Shown here: positions 26,708-39,767 of the stretch, one piece after another
How the letters are laid out: each line of letters starts with the position of its first letter
Numbering within the stretch: position 1 is the stretch's first letter
Origin: Mobula hypostoma
Taxonomy: Eukaryota
Direction: 5' to 3'
Assembly (NCBI RefSeq): GCF_963921235.1
Contig: NC_086097.1
Coordinates: 84,694,001 to 84,758,000, forward strand
Length of the DNA stretch: 64,000 bases
Program-made: the position numbers and the translations under genes
Notes under the pieces: generated by a model
Seen by the model: the letters and a program-made list of their open reading frames with translations, nothing else
Databases searched by the model: none
What the model was told of the DNA's origin: nothing

Positions 26708-26924
26708 TAGCCGGGAGGCACACAGCATCTTTAAGAAAAAAGCCGAAATAAACACGCTAATTAATTAGGTGCCGCCGACACGTAATTGTCGGCCCAGATC
26801 AGAGACGACGCAATGGGAAATCGGCACTGATCTGGGCCGACAATTACGTGCCAGGCGGCACCTAATTAATTAGCATGTTTATTTCGGTTTTTTTCTCAAA
26901 GATGTGCTGTGTGCCTCCCAGCTA
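26708..26924. repeat. Long inverted repeat (hairpin) inside the Tigger-derived element
   Basis: ~95-bp arms, e.g. gctaattaattaggtgccgcc..cacgtaattgtcggcccagatcag vs ctgatctgggccgacaattacgtg..ggcggcacctaattaattagc. Confidence 0.95.
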
Positions 26925-28344
26925 CAGCTGGACCCCTGCATGCTTCGCGGCAATGTATCACTCAGCGGCCTGGAGGGGGGGGCCCACTGCACCACCCAAA
27001 CTCCGACTCAGCCTAACACACCGTCATCAGTGTGCTTGGCGCTGTCCCGATTCCGGTAAGTGATACTACACTGTACATAAGTTATTTCTACTTTATATAG
27101 GCTGTGTATTTTTATGTGTTATTTGGTATGATTTGGCAGCTTTATAGCTTAAAGGTTACTGGAGAGCGCTTGCGCCGTGTTTTTGCCAACAGCGCTTGCG
27201 TGAGATTTACTGCTGACGGCACTTGCGTGAGATTTTCGCCACGGAGAACAGTTCAGTAATGATTGTGGAAAAGTATTTCTACTTTATATAGGCTGTGTAT
27301 TTATCATATAATTCCTGCTTTTACTATATGTTACTGTTATTTTAGGTTTTATGTGTTATTTGGCATGATTTGGTAGGTTATTTTTGGGTCTGCGAACACT
27401 CACGACATTTTCCCATATAAATAAATGGTAATTGCTTCTTCGCTTTATGACATTTCGGCTTACGAACCGTTTCATAGGAACGCTGTACCTTCGGATGGCG
27501 GGGGAAACCTGTGCATGTGTCCTTACCACCAGCAGCCAAGCAATCTCATGGAGCTTGTTTGACAGTTCTAGTGATAAAGCATTCTGCAAGGTGAGCAAGA
27601 TCCACCCTATCCCTTTCATGTAGGGCTTTAAGTACATTTCATGTGATTTGTGATTTTAAAAAAAAAAGGTCTGCAAGGAATAGGTGAAATAGCATAATCC
27701 AACTAAAATAAATGTTTTGTGGTAACATGCCCAAACTGTCCTTTGCACTGTCAGGGACAAACAGAATTTGAGCACATTCTGATACATCTGTCTATTCAGG
27801 ATCTATGTACAACTTTATTCAACAATATACAAACATAGACATCAAAATGGAGGCCACCACATCTGTTTGTCTTTGCAGATTTTTCATTATGTTTCTGTGA
27901 ATTGAATCTATTTTGGAGTTCCAGGCAAACTGAATGTCATTTAAAAAAAAAACATTGCATATGTGGGAAATCAGAAATGAAAACAAGAGATGTAATGCAT
28001 GTGCTGGTTGTGGGCCACCCTGTACTGCTTAGGGCAAACCCCAGAGCCCCATGCACTTGATGACTCGGTTCTTTCTGATCATCAAGTGTGAGTGCTACTG
28101 TCTATGCAGTTTCTTCACCTTGCATATAGACCTTGCTCCATCTCCAGCAGTTCACATTGCCAGCACTCTCTGGAATCCCATCTGACTCTAAACAGCATTG
28201 GTTAGTCTGGCTGCCTCTGAGCATGGCCTTGATTTTGCTTGGGTTCGGTGTGACTGCCAAGGCGAGTTGGAACTGTTTACAGCTGCTTTTCTATCTGTGG
28301 ACCACACAGGAAGTCTGAACACAAGACAATGATATCCATGTGTA

Positions 28345-28665
28345 GAATCAGAATCAGGTTTATTATCACCGGCATGTGACTTGAAATTTGTTAACTTAGC
28401 AGCAAAGTTCAATGCAATACATAATCTAGCAGAGAAAATAAATCAAATACAGTATACGTATATTGAATAGATTAAAAAACGTGCAGTAAAACAAAAGTAC
28501 TGTATATTTAAAAAAAGTGAGGTCGTGTCAGGAATCGGATGGCTGAGGGGAAGAAGCTGTTCTGGAATCACTGAGTGTGTGCCTTCAGACTTCTGTATCT
28601 GCTGCCTGATGGTAATAGTGAGAAAAGGGCATGCCCTGGGTGCTGGAGGTCCTCAATAATGGACG
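28345..28665 (-). mobile_element. Rex1/Babar-like LINE 3' end
   Basis: gaatcagaatcaggtttatt tail; similar to the reverse complement of 14120-14250 and 51150-51420. Confidence 0.6.
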
Positions 28666-28789
28666 CTTTGCTCTGAGTGTCTGTACTGCTTCCTGTTCTG
28701 CTTCCTGATGGACTCATCAGGAGGCTCTGTGGAAATCTTAAAAAAAAGGCAGTGGAGAGATGACAGCCTTGCCTTACTCCAGATTTTTC

Positions 28790-30600
28790 TGCTTTGTAAC
28801 TTCAAAAACTAATTGAAAGAAAAGTATGGGAGTCTGGGAAAAGATGTCTGTTTCATTGTTACTTTAGCAAGCTGCACACATGATGTGCTGGCAAAATGAC
28901 ATGTGCTAGTCACGTACCTTTATGTATAACCCATAATGAATTATGTAAACATGCTTAATCAAACAATACATTTGCAATATTATTCAATTATTGCTGAAGT
29001 GTTAAATACACAACACTCTTCCCTGCTTAGCTATAAATTCTAACTTGGTATAGAACATAATTTTGTCCTGGGGCCTCTGCCATGGTGGTTCTAGGAGTTG
29101 ACTCTGGCTGCAGGAAGTGATTCTGATGACTGGATGCAATTCTTCTCTCGCTGTTACGAATGTCATTCCCATAGGAATGATCTTTACTCCAGTATAACTT
29201 CTTAGCTGGATATCTGCAGGCTTCAGTTCAGTATCTTTGATATGTCATTCCCATAGGAATGATCTTTTCTCCAGTATAACTTCTTAGCTGGATATCTGCA
29301 GGCTTCAGTTCTGTATCTTTGAAATGCCATTCAAACTCATTTTGTTGAATGACTGAAACAGCTGAGCCAGTGTCTAATACCATTTTAATTAATTTGCCGT
29401 TCACTTCTGGTGTAAGCCATATCACTTGCCTTCTGTTAGTTTCCATATTGCAAATCTCAAGGCTACTCAGTTCTGTGTTTTCATCAACAGGATGCAGATC
29501 AGTGCTCTTCTTGATACTGCAACTTGACTTCTTAGCTTTTTCTCTTCCCTGTGCAATCCATTTATTTTTGTCTGCCTGACAAATTCTTTGTATATGTCCT
29601 ACTTCGCCTTTAAACTTGCATTGGTCTAGTGTATGTAAGCCTTTGCCATAACAGTAATGCAATTTGTTCAGTCAGGCAAGTTTCTATTTAGACATTGCAA
29701 TTTTGTTCACACTCTTTCATTCCTGACTGCAACTCAGTCGTGTCTCTAGCAGCTGTTTCCTTTGATACAGCGATTTCAACTGCTCTTTTTAAGTGTGAGT
29801 TGTGCTTCACTTAGGACCCATTTTTTGAATCCTTTTTTATAAGATTGCACAAACAAAGCAATCTCTCAGTGCATCATTAAGCCCACCACTGAACTGACAA
29901 TGCTTAATTTCTTCAATTCAGCCACATAATCTGAAATGGACGCCCTGCCTTTTGATTCTGCTTATGAAAACTAAAGTGTTCTGTAATCAATAATGGTTTC
30001 GGTTCTAAATGTTCCTGCATTACTTTCACGATAAAAGCAAAGCTCATTTTGGTTGGTTTGGTTGGAGCAATCAAACTTCTAAGCAAGCTGTGTGCTCTTC
30101 CACCTATTACAGTCAGAAAAACTGACACTCGTTTCTTATTGGCTATTCCATTTGCTTTAAAATACTGCTCAATCCATTCAGTATAGATGGTTCAATCATC
30201 TGTTGTGTAATTGAACTCATCTATCTTTCCAAAGTAGCTAGTCACTTATGCTTTATTTATTTTTATTACTATTATTATTATTACTTGGTATTCACTCTTT
30301 ATGAGCTTTACTTCAATAGGTAGGTAGTCGTCTCAGGTTCATTTTAAAGCTTGCTCATTGCTGCTGTTATATTTTGTAACTCAAAAAACTAATCGAAAGA
30401 AAAAGCTGGGAGCCTGGGAATATGTGTCTAGTTCGTTTTTACTTTACCGAGGGGCGCACATATGACATGGTGGCCTAATGACATATGCCATTCACACACT
30501 TTTACCCATAACCCATAATGAAATAGGTAAACACAAAGAATGCGTAAAGAATATATTTACAATATCACTCAAATATTACTGAAATTTTAAATACACAACA
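28790..30600 (-). mobile_element. Degenerate Gypsy LTR retrotransposon (gag-protease remnant)
   Basis: Direct repeats ~28790-29015 and 30365-30600 (TG..CA); PPT aagcagggaagag at 29016-29028 (-); gag VFLTVIGG..LLRSLIAPTKP; protease LDTGSAVSVI. Confidence 0.85.
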
Positions 30601-31304
30601 CAGATTTGATTAGGAAGCCTTCAGTTTCTCAAGCTTAGTTTAAGACTGTGCTACTAAAACCAAACAGATGGAATAATGAAAAATCAGCTCCAAGAACCAA
30701 AAGTCTTTAGAGAAAATACTTCTCAGTATGGGTTCTACCTTTAAGATTGTCATATTAAGATAATTACTTCTAGATTTTATAGCCATCCATTAATTTATTT
30801 AAAACAGTTTATTTTATAAGTGTTCACAGTGATCTAAATTTGACATAAGAAATGTTATGATCTTAAAATTGGAAAAGGAATTTGCACTTAATACAAACAT
30901 AAGTATTTACAGTATTTATCTGCAATTTCTTAACTTGTGCAACTTGCAATTGCACTTGACTATTAACAGTTGACTGTTTCTCTTTTTCAGTTCTGATGAA
31001 GTGTCTTGGCATGAACCATTAACAAGAATCCTGCCTGACTTGAGTGTTTTGAGCATGGTTGCTTTTATTCTGACTTTCGTCATCTGTAGTCGTTATATTA
31101 TTTTCATTTACTGTCATTGGCTGTTGACCGTACTAGCTCCAAGTTCACTTACAACAAAAAAACTTGATATTGTAATGCATTCCACAGTCTTCTCTTCAAA
31201 TGCAACTCTCGGCATTTAGATTAAACATGGGCAGTTTGCCACCATCTTACCCGACAGTATGGATACAATACGAATCACATTATCTTCCTTGAATTGAAAA
31301 TACA

Positions 31305-31450
31305 ATAGATTCTGCAGATGCTGGAAAGCTTGAGCAACACACATGCTGGAGGAACTCAATAGGTCAGGCAGCAGCTATGGAGGGAAGTGAGCAGCTGGTA
31401 TTTTGACATGAGACCCAAAGGAAAGGAAGGGAACAAAAGCCAGAATAAGA
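31305..31450 (-). mobile_element. Old PLE pseudo-LTR remnant
   Basis: gattctgcagatgctggaaa..gagcaacacacatgctggaggaactca tail shared with PLE ends. Confidence 0.65.
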
Positions 31451-31561
31451 AACAGCGTCTCCAATTTGAGTGGAGTATGTTCACATCAATTGTGTCATTA
31501 AATTTTCCAGACTTCCATTTTCTTTCACTGCTTCATCAAAGCAGCTGAGTACAGAATTTAA

Positions 31562-32736
31562 AAACGCAAACAACAGGAATTCTGCAGATGCTGGAAATTC
31601 AAGCAACACACATCAAAGTTGCTGGTGAACGCAGCAGGCCAGGCAGCATCTCTAGGAAGAGGTACAGTCGACGTTTCAGGCCGAGACCCTTCATCAGGAC
31701 TAACTAAAGGAAGAGTTAGTAAGAGATTTGAGAGGGGGAGGGGGAGATCCAAAATGATAGGAGAAGACAGGAGGGGGAGGGATGGAGCCAACAGCTGAAC
31801 AGGTGATTGGCAAAGGGGATACAAGAGGATCATGGGACAGGAGGCCCAGGGAGAAAGACAAGGGCAGGGGGGAACCATGGGATGGGCAAGGGGTATAGTC
31901 AGAGGGACAGAGGGAGAAAAAGGAGAGTGAGAGAAAGAATGTGTGTATATAAATAAATAACGGATGGGGTACGAGGGGGAGGTGGGGCATTAGCGGAAGT
32001 TAGAGAAGTCGATGTTCATGCCATCAGTTTGGAGGCTACCCAGACGGAATATAAGGTGTTGTTCCTCCAACCTGAGTGTGGCTTCATCTTTACAGTAGAG
32101 GAGGCCGTGGATAGACATGTCAGAATGAGAATGGGATGTGGAATTAAAATGTGGGGCCACTGGGAGATCCTGCTTTCTCTGGCGGACAGAGCGTAGATGT
32201 TCAGCAAAGCGGTCTCCCAGTCAGCGTTGGGTCGCCAATATATAGAAGGCCACATCGGGAGCACCGGACGCAGTATATCACCCCAGCCGACTCACAGGTG
32301 AAGTGTCGCCTCACCTGGAAGGACTGTCTGGGACCCTGAATGGTGGTAAGGGAGGAAGTGTAAGGGCATGTGTAGCACTTGTTCCGCTTACAAGGATAAT
32401 TGCCAGGAGGGAGATCAGTGGGGAGGGATGGGTGGGATGAATGGACAATGGAGTCATGTAGGGAGCGATCCCTGCGGAAAGCGGGGGGTGGGGGCGGAAA
32501 GATGTGCTTAGTGGTGGGATCCCGTTGGAGGTGGCGGAGGTTACGGAGAATAATATGTTGGACCCGGAGGCTGGTGGGGTGGTAGGTGAGGACCAGGGGA
32601 ACCCTATTCCTAGTGGGGTGGCAGGAGGATGGAGTGAGAGCAGATGTGCATGAAATGGGGGAGGATGCGTTTGAGAGCAGAGTTGATGGTGGAGGAAGGG
32701 AAGCCCCTTTCTTTAAAAAAGGAGGACATCTCCCTC
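31562..32736 (-). mobile_element. Neptune-type PLE, 5'-truncated
   Basis: Similar to 4556-5735; GIY-YIG region; hammerhead at 31666-31701 (CTGATGA variant); no clear TSD. Confidence 0.92.
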
Positions 32737-33385
32737 CTTAATTTCTTGTAATTAATGACTTTTATCTGTAGGAGATGGGCAATATATTTATGTATTTATT
32801 TTTTGATATAATAATGATATTATATAATTCTGTATTAAGAACTCTTATGGAAACAAAATAGTGGTCTTCCTATCGGTCTCCAAATAGAGAAGACCGATAT
32901 GTTATATATAATTCCAAGCTGCACTGAACTGAAGAAACTTTTCTAGTCTGATTAATGCAAGTTAAAACTGGGTTTGCTCTGATTGCTTGCAAGTGTTAGC
33001 TTTAAATAAGAATCAGACAGACACAAGTTGCTGCTTCTTGCTCACCACTGACTCCTTTTGGAAGATGGTAACATAGGGCATTAAAGCAATGATTGGTTCA
33101 GGCTTGGCTCAGATAGGATGTCTGAGTGATCAAATGACTTGCTGATGCCAGCTGTTGGAATATACACATGAGTAGCCACTGAGTAACTGAAGCAATCTGT
33201 TCTGAAATGTTGTTTGGTAATAGAATCCTGAAGTTCTTGGCACTTGGAACATTTTTCAGTATGCCATGAACGTTTACCTTCTACTAACTTTGACCAAGTA
33301 ATGTTTTACAATTTATGTTTACAATTTTTTGTCTTTTGTATTTACATTAAATACTCACTTATATTTATCTTGGTTTTTTTCCCAG

Positions 33386-33454
33386 TTGGATCCTGCACTT
33401 GAAGCACAGTTAAAGAAGAATAAAGACAAGGTTACACTAGAGTCAGAATATCAG
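33386..33454 (+). CDS. COX16: COX16 cytochrome c oxidase assembly factor, penultimate coding exon
   Basis: tttttttcccag|TTG..CAG|gtgtag; 69 nt, phase 0/0; LDPALEAQLKKNKDKVTLESEYQ resembles human COX16 [21 protein letters not shown] (recalled). Confidence 0.92.
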
Positions 33455-35119
33455 GTGTAGTATTAAAATTATGTGGTCCTGGTCAAATAATCTCAATGTT
33501 TATTAACATTTTTTTCAGGATTTATGAACGCATGGCAATGCATAGTATTCATTCAATATCAGTGATGCTACCTCAGACCTGCTCAAACCCTCTCTGTGTG
33601 TCTCCTTATTTCTTCCTCCTGCCCTAGTGCAATTAAACAATCAGTATTTTGGTTTGCTATTACGCCCATGTTTGTTTTGATCTTGCTGTCTCTTTACTCT
33701 GGAGAGTCTCAGAGCTGTACTCTGAATGCTCATCTAGCCAATACTAGCTTCACATTTCCAATTGATATCACTGGATTGGCTATTTCTTTTCATTGCAAGA
33801 TTGTTTTGCTACTTCATAAGAAAGCTGAGCGATGTTTTTAAGTTTACGTTATCATGTTGTATAAGGCGTAATTGTACTATAGCAGGATTGTAGGTGCGGC
33901 CAAGTAGACAATGTTGATCAAAATATTGAATGGGGATTTGCGAGAGGAGTCTCAAAGCATACCCTATTAGTGAAACTGTTATTTCTATTCCTTACCCTTT
34001 ACTTAAAATACTTTGTCACCAATTGCTCACAAGTTCCTCTTGATATTGAAACCTCCAAACAGCTTTTCTTGTCTTTTGAAAAGGTGAGTGAACAAAACTC
34101 ACAAAGAATCCTAAATCTGTATTGCTGAACATGTAAATCTGGGCACAACAGCTACAGGATGCCAATGGGCTCCTTGAGATGTCTAACACAGACTGCCAAC
34201 AAGTTAGTTTTATTAATGGTTAAACCAGGTAAGTCGATGAAGGTGAAAGGAATGGCCGGAAATGTCGCTTGGTTAGTGAAGAGGTATGAGTAAAGACTGT
34301 AGGACAATTTAAATGCCAATCTGGAGCCTTTGGGCGGGCATTCCATCTAATGGTGCAATTGAACAGCATGCTAGTGGGCTTACACCTGTGGAGCTTGGCC
34401 GCAACAACGTTAACTTGTAGTTTTCCCTTAGTTTATAGAATTGAAAGGAAAGTGCACAGCACAAGTGTTAAAACCATGGTCGTTTCATTTGGCATTGATT
34501 ACCACAACTTATTCTTCATTTCTCTTTAGTTATTTTCCTTTGAAGGTAACTAAAGCTCTGTCATGCCACAATTGTTCTGATGACTAATATTTGGCACTGC
34601 CACATGTCCCTTGTTAGGCTTACTAGGCTAATGTCTTGGAAGTGTATTTCTGTAGTACACCTGAATGCTGTTGATCACTGACCAGTTTTGCCACTTCTGT
34701 CTTGGGGATATGCACCTTGATACTTATATTCTTTCACACTACTCTAATCCTACAGATCAGTGGCTTAGGTGATTCTAGCTCTGTAAGATCTTCAGTTCAC
34801 AGAACTGACAAAAGACTCTGCAATTTCACTTTAATTCAGTGAAGTGGAATTGTACAATCCTCGATCAGTTCTGTGAACAGAAGAGCTTGGTGCAAAGTGG
34901 ACACAAGAAGGTCAGGTAACCGAAACATGCTGTGATCTGATGATGATCACCATTTTTACAAACCACCAGTAGCTGGAAAATTAAATTCGGAAGGTTGAAA
35001 GGCATATTATCCTGCTGCATTTTTTTTCTAATTCCTCTCCTTGGGCTGATTTAACTTAACATGCCTTACAGATAATCCTTTGATTTATTTATTTTTTTTC
35101 TCTTCTTTGGCTGGAGTTC

Positions 35120-36355
35120 TAAAGAGATTGAATAGGCTAGGTCAGTTATCCCTGGAGTGAAGAAAGCTGAGAGGTGACATGATGAAGGTATATAAATTTA
35201 TTAGTGGCATAAATATGAGAAATAGTCAGAATTTGTTTCCCTGATAGAGGTGCTAAAACTTGAGGGCACTGGTTTAAAGTAAGAGGGTGTTGGTTGAAAG
35301 TTGATCTGAAAGGTAAATCATTCATAAGGTAATTGGTATCTGGAAAGAGCTGCCAGAGGAGGGAGAGGCAGCAGGAATACCAATAACTTTAAGAGTCTTT
35401 GAAGATGAAGGCATAGAGAAATATGGAGTTAACACAAGCACGGTAGCGTAGTGTTGATCACTGATCGGGGTTTGATTCCCACCAATGTCTGTAAAGAATT
35501 TGTATGTTCTCCCATGGATGTGTGGGTTTCTTCCCACATTGCAAAGACATGGGGTTAGGGAGTTGTGGACATGCATGGCAACCCTTGTGGTCTGCCCCCA
35601 GCACAATACTCACTGATTTCATTTGGCATAAATGATGCATTTCACTCTATGTGCCAATGTACATGTGACTAATAAAGCTTATCTCTTTAATCTTTAGAAG
35701 TGGTCTAGATGAGCCATAGACACGGTGAGCCAAAGGGCCTGATTCTTTGATGCACAACTGTATGGTTTGGTCCCAGTCTACTCAGTGAGCCATCAGCAAT
35801 ACAAGACATTGGTGCAGCCTAATTTGGAGTATTGCATGCAGTTTTAGTCACCTACCTACAGGAAAGATTTATATAAGGTTGAAAGAGTACAGAGAAAATT
35901 TACAAGGATGTTGTTGGGTCTGGACGATCTGAGTTATAAGGGAAGATTGAATAGGTTAGGATTTCATTCCTTAGAATGCAGAAGATTGAGAGAGTTGATA
36001 GAGGTATACTAAATTATGAGAGGTATAGTAGACAGGGTAAACGCAAGCATATTTTCCACAGAAGTTGGGTGGGACTACAACCAGAGGTTACAGGTGAAAG
36101 GTGAAATGTTTAAGGTGAACATGAGTGGGAACTTCTTCACTCAGAGGGTCGAGAAAGTGTAGAATGAGCTGCCAAGTGTTGCATACAAGCTCGATTGCAA
36201 TGATTAAGAGAAGTTTGGATAGGTACATGGATTGTAGCACTAAGGAGGGCTATGGTCCCACTACAGGTCAATGGGAGAAGACAGTTTAAATGGTTCAGTA
36301 CAGACTAGATGAGCTGAAGAACCTGTTTTTCTGCTGTACTTTTCTATGACTCTAC
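35120..36355 (+). mobile_element. Two decayed CR1 3' fragments with a nested SINE
   Basis: CR1 C-terminal peptides (LRGDMMKVYK; LEYCMQF; GNFFTQRV) and ctatgactcta tail. Confidence 0.75.
35438..35695 (+). mobile_element. tRNA-derived V-SINE-like element
   Basis: acggtagcgtagtg head, gtttgattcc B-box-like motif, V-domain-like tttgtatgttctccc..gtgggtttc. Confidence 0.6.
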
Positions 36356-37509
36356 CGAATTTATTGGTTTCAATGTTGATTGTTTCCCTTTTCGTGATTT
36401 TGTACAATACATAATCTCTATGTTGTTTTATACTTTTTCTTTGGCTCTGTGACCTTCTTTTAGCTGCTGTAATGTGCCATCTATCATTATATGTTCTTTA
36501 GAATTATTTACTATTATTTAGAATGATTTTGAGGAGGAAAGAAGGGGAAATCAGTACTGGAAGACTGATGCAGCTGAGATTGACTGGGGTTAGCACCATG
36601 ATTAATGTTAGACCACTGCAAGCCATAAGATTGATTATAGTGCTCTTTATGTAAGCACTGTACTGTGAGAAGGATTTGTCCCTTCCATTTGGGAATTCTT
36701 ATTCTGCCTAATTATCTCTGAGCCAAGTGACGAGTACTGTGCAGAGAAGTCAGTGTAGTGACATTTTCAACATTTCATTTTTACAGGCAACAAAGGTTCT
36801 CTGTCTTGCAGCTGTAAAATCTTTTCAGAATTCTAAAAGCTCATTTTCTGCTGGATCTCTATATTAATTGCAGTAAATGGATTGAAGAAAATAGTTATGA
36901 TGGAATCATAAATTTGACATGCAACGTAGCTTCTGATTTGAGAGTCGAAACAAAGCTTTGGAGTTTTATGATCTAGAATTCTGATTAGGAGAGTTTTCAA
37001 TCTGCTGCATCAGAACTGCCACTGTAGCTGTCAGGCATGATTTCTTCCAAGCTGTGCAGCTGTCCTGTACAGAATTTCCACTGTGAAGCTTTCCATTTGA
37101 AGAGGTGGGCAGCTGTTCTGGCTTGAACTATTCAGCGAGAGCAACTGAAACTAATGAAGGTTTGTCTGAAAATCCTGGAGGTAATGAGACTTCTCAGTCC
37201 AATTAAAATGTTAACCACCATACATGATACAGTTATGTAACTCTGCAACTATACTTCACTGAGGTCATTGTGGTTGAAGGAAGGAAAGAACAAAGATCTT
37301 CAAATGTAAAAGTATAGATTTGTATGCAAAATTATTTTTCACATGTGCACGACCAAATGCAGGTACGCTATATAATATCTAAAATGTACATATGTACTTG
37401 CCATTGTAACATGTAACAAAACCAAGGTCAGTCTCTATGCAGATATACCGTAATTATATTTAATGTGTATAATTTAACATTATAACAATCTTTTTAATTC
37501 TGATATTGT

Positions 37510-37885
37510 TTGCGGAGAGGGGGTTGGTGGTTGGAGAAACATCTCTTCCAAAGGAGGTGCTCCTTCCCTCCGCTAGCTTGCTGGATACCCTTGGGCAAGG
37601 TGTAGCACTTGCTTAGCCCCCCGCCCCGATCAGGGTTACCTGAAGCCATAGGAGCAGGTGGTAGCTGGTTGTCTGAACAGCTGGTGCATATCACAAGTCC
37701 TGGTTATGCGATCTCTGATGCTAGGCAGGCAATCTCTGAAGAGTATTGATAATGGCTGGGGTCGCCTGTCTTGTAAAGACACTGTCCTGAAAATGTCAAT
37801 GGCAAATCAATTCTGTAGAAAAATTTGCCAAGAACAATCATGGTCATGGAAGACCATGATCACCCAGGTCATATGACCCATCACA
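37510..37885 (+). mobile_element. Probable SINE or RTE-tail repeat, unclassified
   Basis: GC-richer island with cccttgggcaag motif and terminal hairpin atcatggtc..gaccatgat. Confidence 0.4.
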
Positions 37886-39650
37886 TAACAGATGAACAAT
37901 TGTTCCAACAACTGTGTTCATTCAAACTGTGACCACCCATCTGCCGGCTGTCGGCCCTGTGCTGACCAAAATACAAAATTTGCATTACTACTTGTGGTGT
38001 TCAGGATATGTTTGCCTGAAATTCCAGTGCTATTTAAAGGATATGTACTTGGAAATCTTAATGGGTTAACATTTTCATTTATGGAAAGCATTCCCAAATT
38101 CTGATCATAGGATACTTCTGTCCGGAAATTCATTGGAATCTTTCCTTGCCTCGGTTTTGCTCCCTTGAGTGGAGAGGACAGACCTTCCCATTATTAACAT
38201 TTATATTACAACAATGTGCAGTGGCTGAAGTATTGTCCTACTATACTTAAGACTCAAGTTCAACTGCAGCTAAAATCGACAGAGTAAAAATCTTCTTTCT
38301 CCGTGGGCATGAAAATGTGAGATCACAATGAAACAGGTTCCAAGTATTCATGATTGTAGAACAGTCTTAACTTGCAGTTGAATAACTGCCTCAGCCCTTG
38401 TTCATTATAATCTTAAAAGTGGTGCTTTGTTCTCCACTGTGCAGCTTTGGGACAATACTTTGGGAGCAAGCTTTAGTTATTGTGGGTTTGGCACAGTTTG
38501 ATGTAGTGATGTTTCCTGGTCAGAGGAAAGAAAGAATATGGTGCTGATCTGTTTGGTGTTGTGTGATGTCTTGTTGCTCATTTATTAAATTCTGTGAGTG
38601 TACACAATGACTTTTATTTACCTGAAGAGTTTAGGAATGCGCATGTTTGAACAGTTGAATAATTTGAATTTTACTTTGCAATTTGTAGCATTATAGTTAT
38701 TGGTTTGTATCCTGAATCAACACACAACCTGATTGATTAGACACATATTGCATAGGTGGTTCATGTGACATTTTATAGAAGTAGATTCTGAAGCAATGCT
38801 ACTCATAAACTTTGATGAGGGTTGCATTTCCAAACACGTTTCTTGACAATGGCAGTTTCAGAAATTCTGTATAAAGCTCTATTACAGTAGTGAAGCCTCA
38901 CTGATTCCCAAACTGAGTTTCTGTATGATTGCAGGACTATCAGCTAGAGAAGCTTACTACTTTTTCCAAAGAAAGGGAAGGCAGGTTAGTGAAAAGATAA
39001 CAAACAATGCAATTTGCTGCTTACCTGTATCCTAAAGAGTGAAAGGCAGTACCCCATCTTGGATAATACTTCAGCTATTAGTTTTTTTTTGGAGGAGATG
39101 TATGGAATAAGAAAAGACAATTGAACAGAAATCTAAATGATGTTTAAAGAGATGCAAATATATTTCTGCATGGAAATACTTTATTCTCCTGAAGCTTTTC
39201 CACTTTCTTTCCTTGCATTGAGAGATGCTATTTAAAGCACAAATGAGATCTTAGTGAGGATGACACATACCCTCTGTTCAAGCCCCCTTACTTTCACTGA
39301 TGAGAAAGGGGGTAATTGTTCTATTCTAGCATTGCAATGCCCTGTAACAGGAGCATATGGAGCAGTGTGTTAGCTGGAACAAGGAACTCTCATCAAAGAT
39401 AGCACTGCATCTACAGAAAGGTGGTTATGAAGTGTTTAGAGAAACAGTTTTATAGCTTTCAGCGTATGTGCAAATAATTGATGTTATGCTGTTCAAACCA
39501 CTGAATTGTAATTGTTTATATTATATTGCATACATTCTGTTGTGCATGTGATTTTTTAAAAATTGACTTTTGGTAAAGAATATAATACATCAATTTTGTT
39601 ATGTAACAAAGTGATGATGTCCAACTTTGTTCTCTTAAATAAAAATACAG

Positions 39651-39767
39651 AAACTTCCAAAGCCTAACTCTGAATGGGTAAACATCAGAGGACCACGTCC
39701 CTGGGAAGATTCAAAAGCTGTCCAAGAACAACAACGGAAGATTCAAATTGGGAGCAGCATTAAATAG
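39651..39767 (+). CDS. COX16: COX16, last coding exon
   Basis: acag|KLPKPNSEWVNIRGPRPWEDSKAVQEQQRKIQIGSSIK*; WxNIRGPRPWED is the COX16 signature; in frame with the preceding exon; TAG followed directly by TGA. Confidence 0.95.
   Translation, partial: KLPKPNSEWVNIRGPRPWEDSKAVQEQQRKIQIGSSIK

Larger units (their letters stand above)
24915..27511 (+). mobile_element. Tigger/pogo-derived internally deleted DNA transposon hosting a PLE insertion
   Basis: TIRs caggtgtcccccgc / gcgggggaaacctg with TA on the left; ATG 25164 encodes CENP-B-like N-terminus (KRARKGVTLSIKLDIIKRFDRGE) joined to an acidic C-terminal remnant (DVEEVLASHDQKLTDEELMQLE). Confidence 0.85.

Noticed and set aside
31150..31250. 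Possible minus-strand first exon (MPRVAFEEKTVEC..gtaagt)
   Set aside because: No recognisable homology and no partner exons
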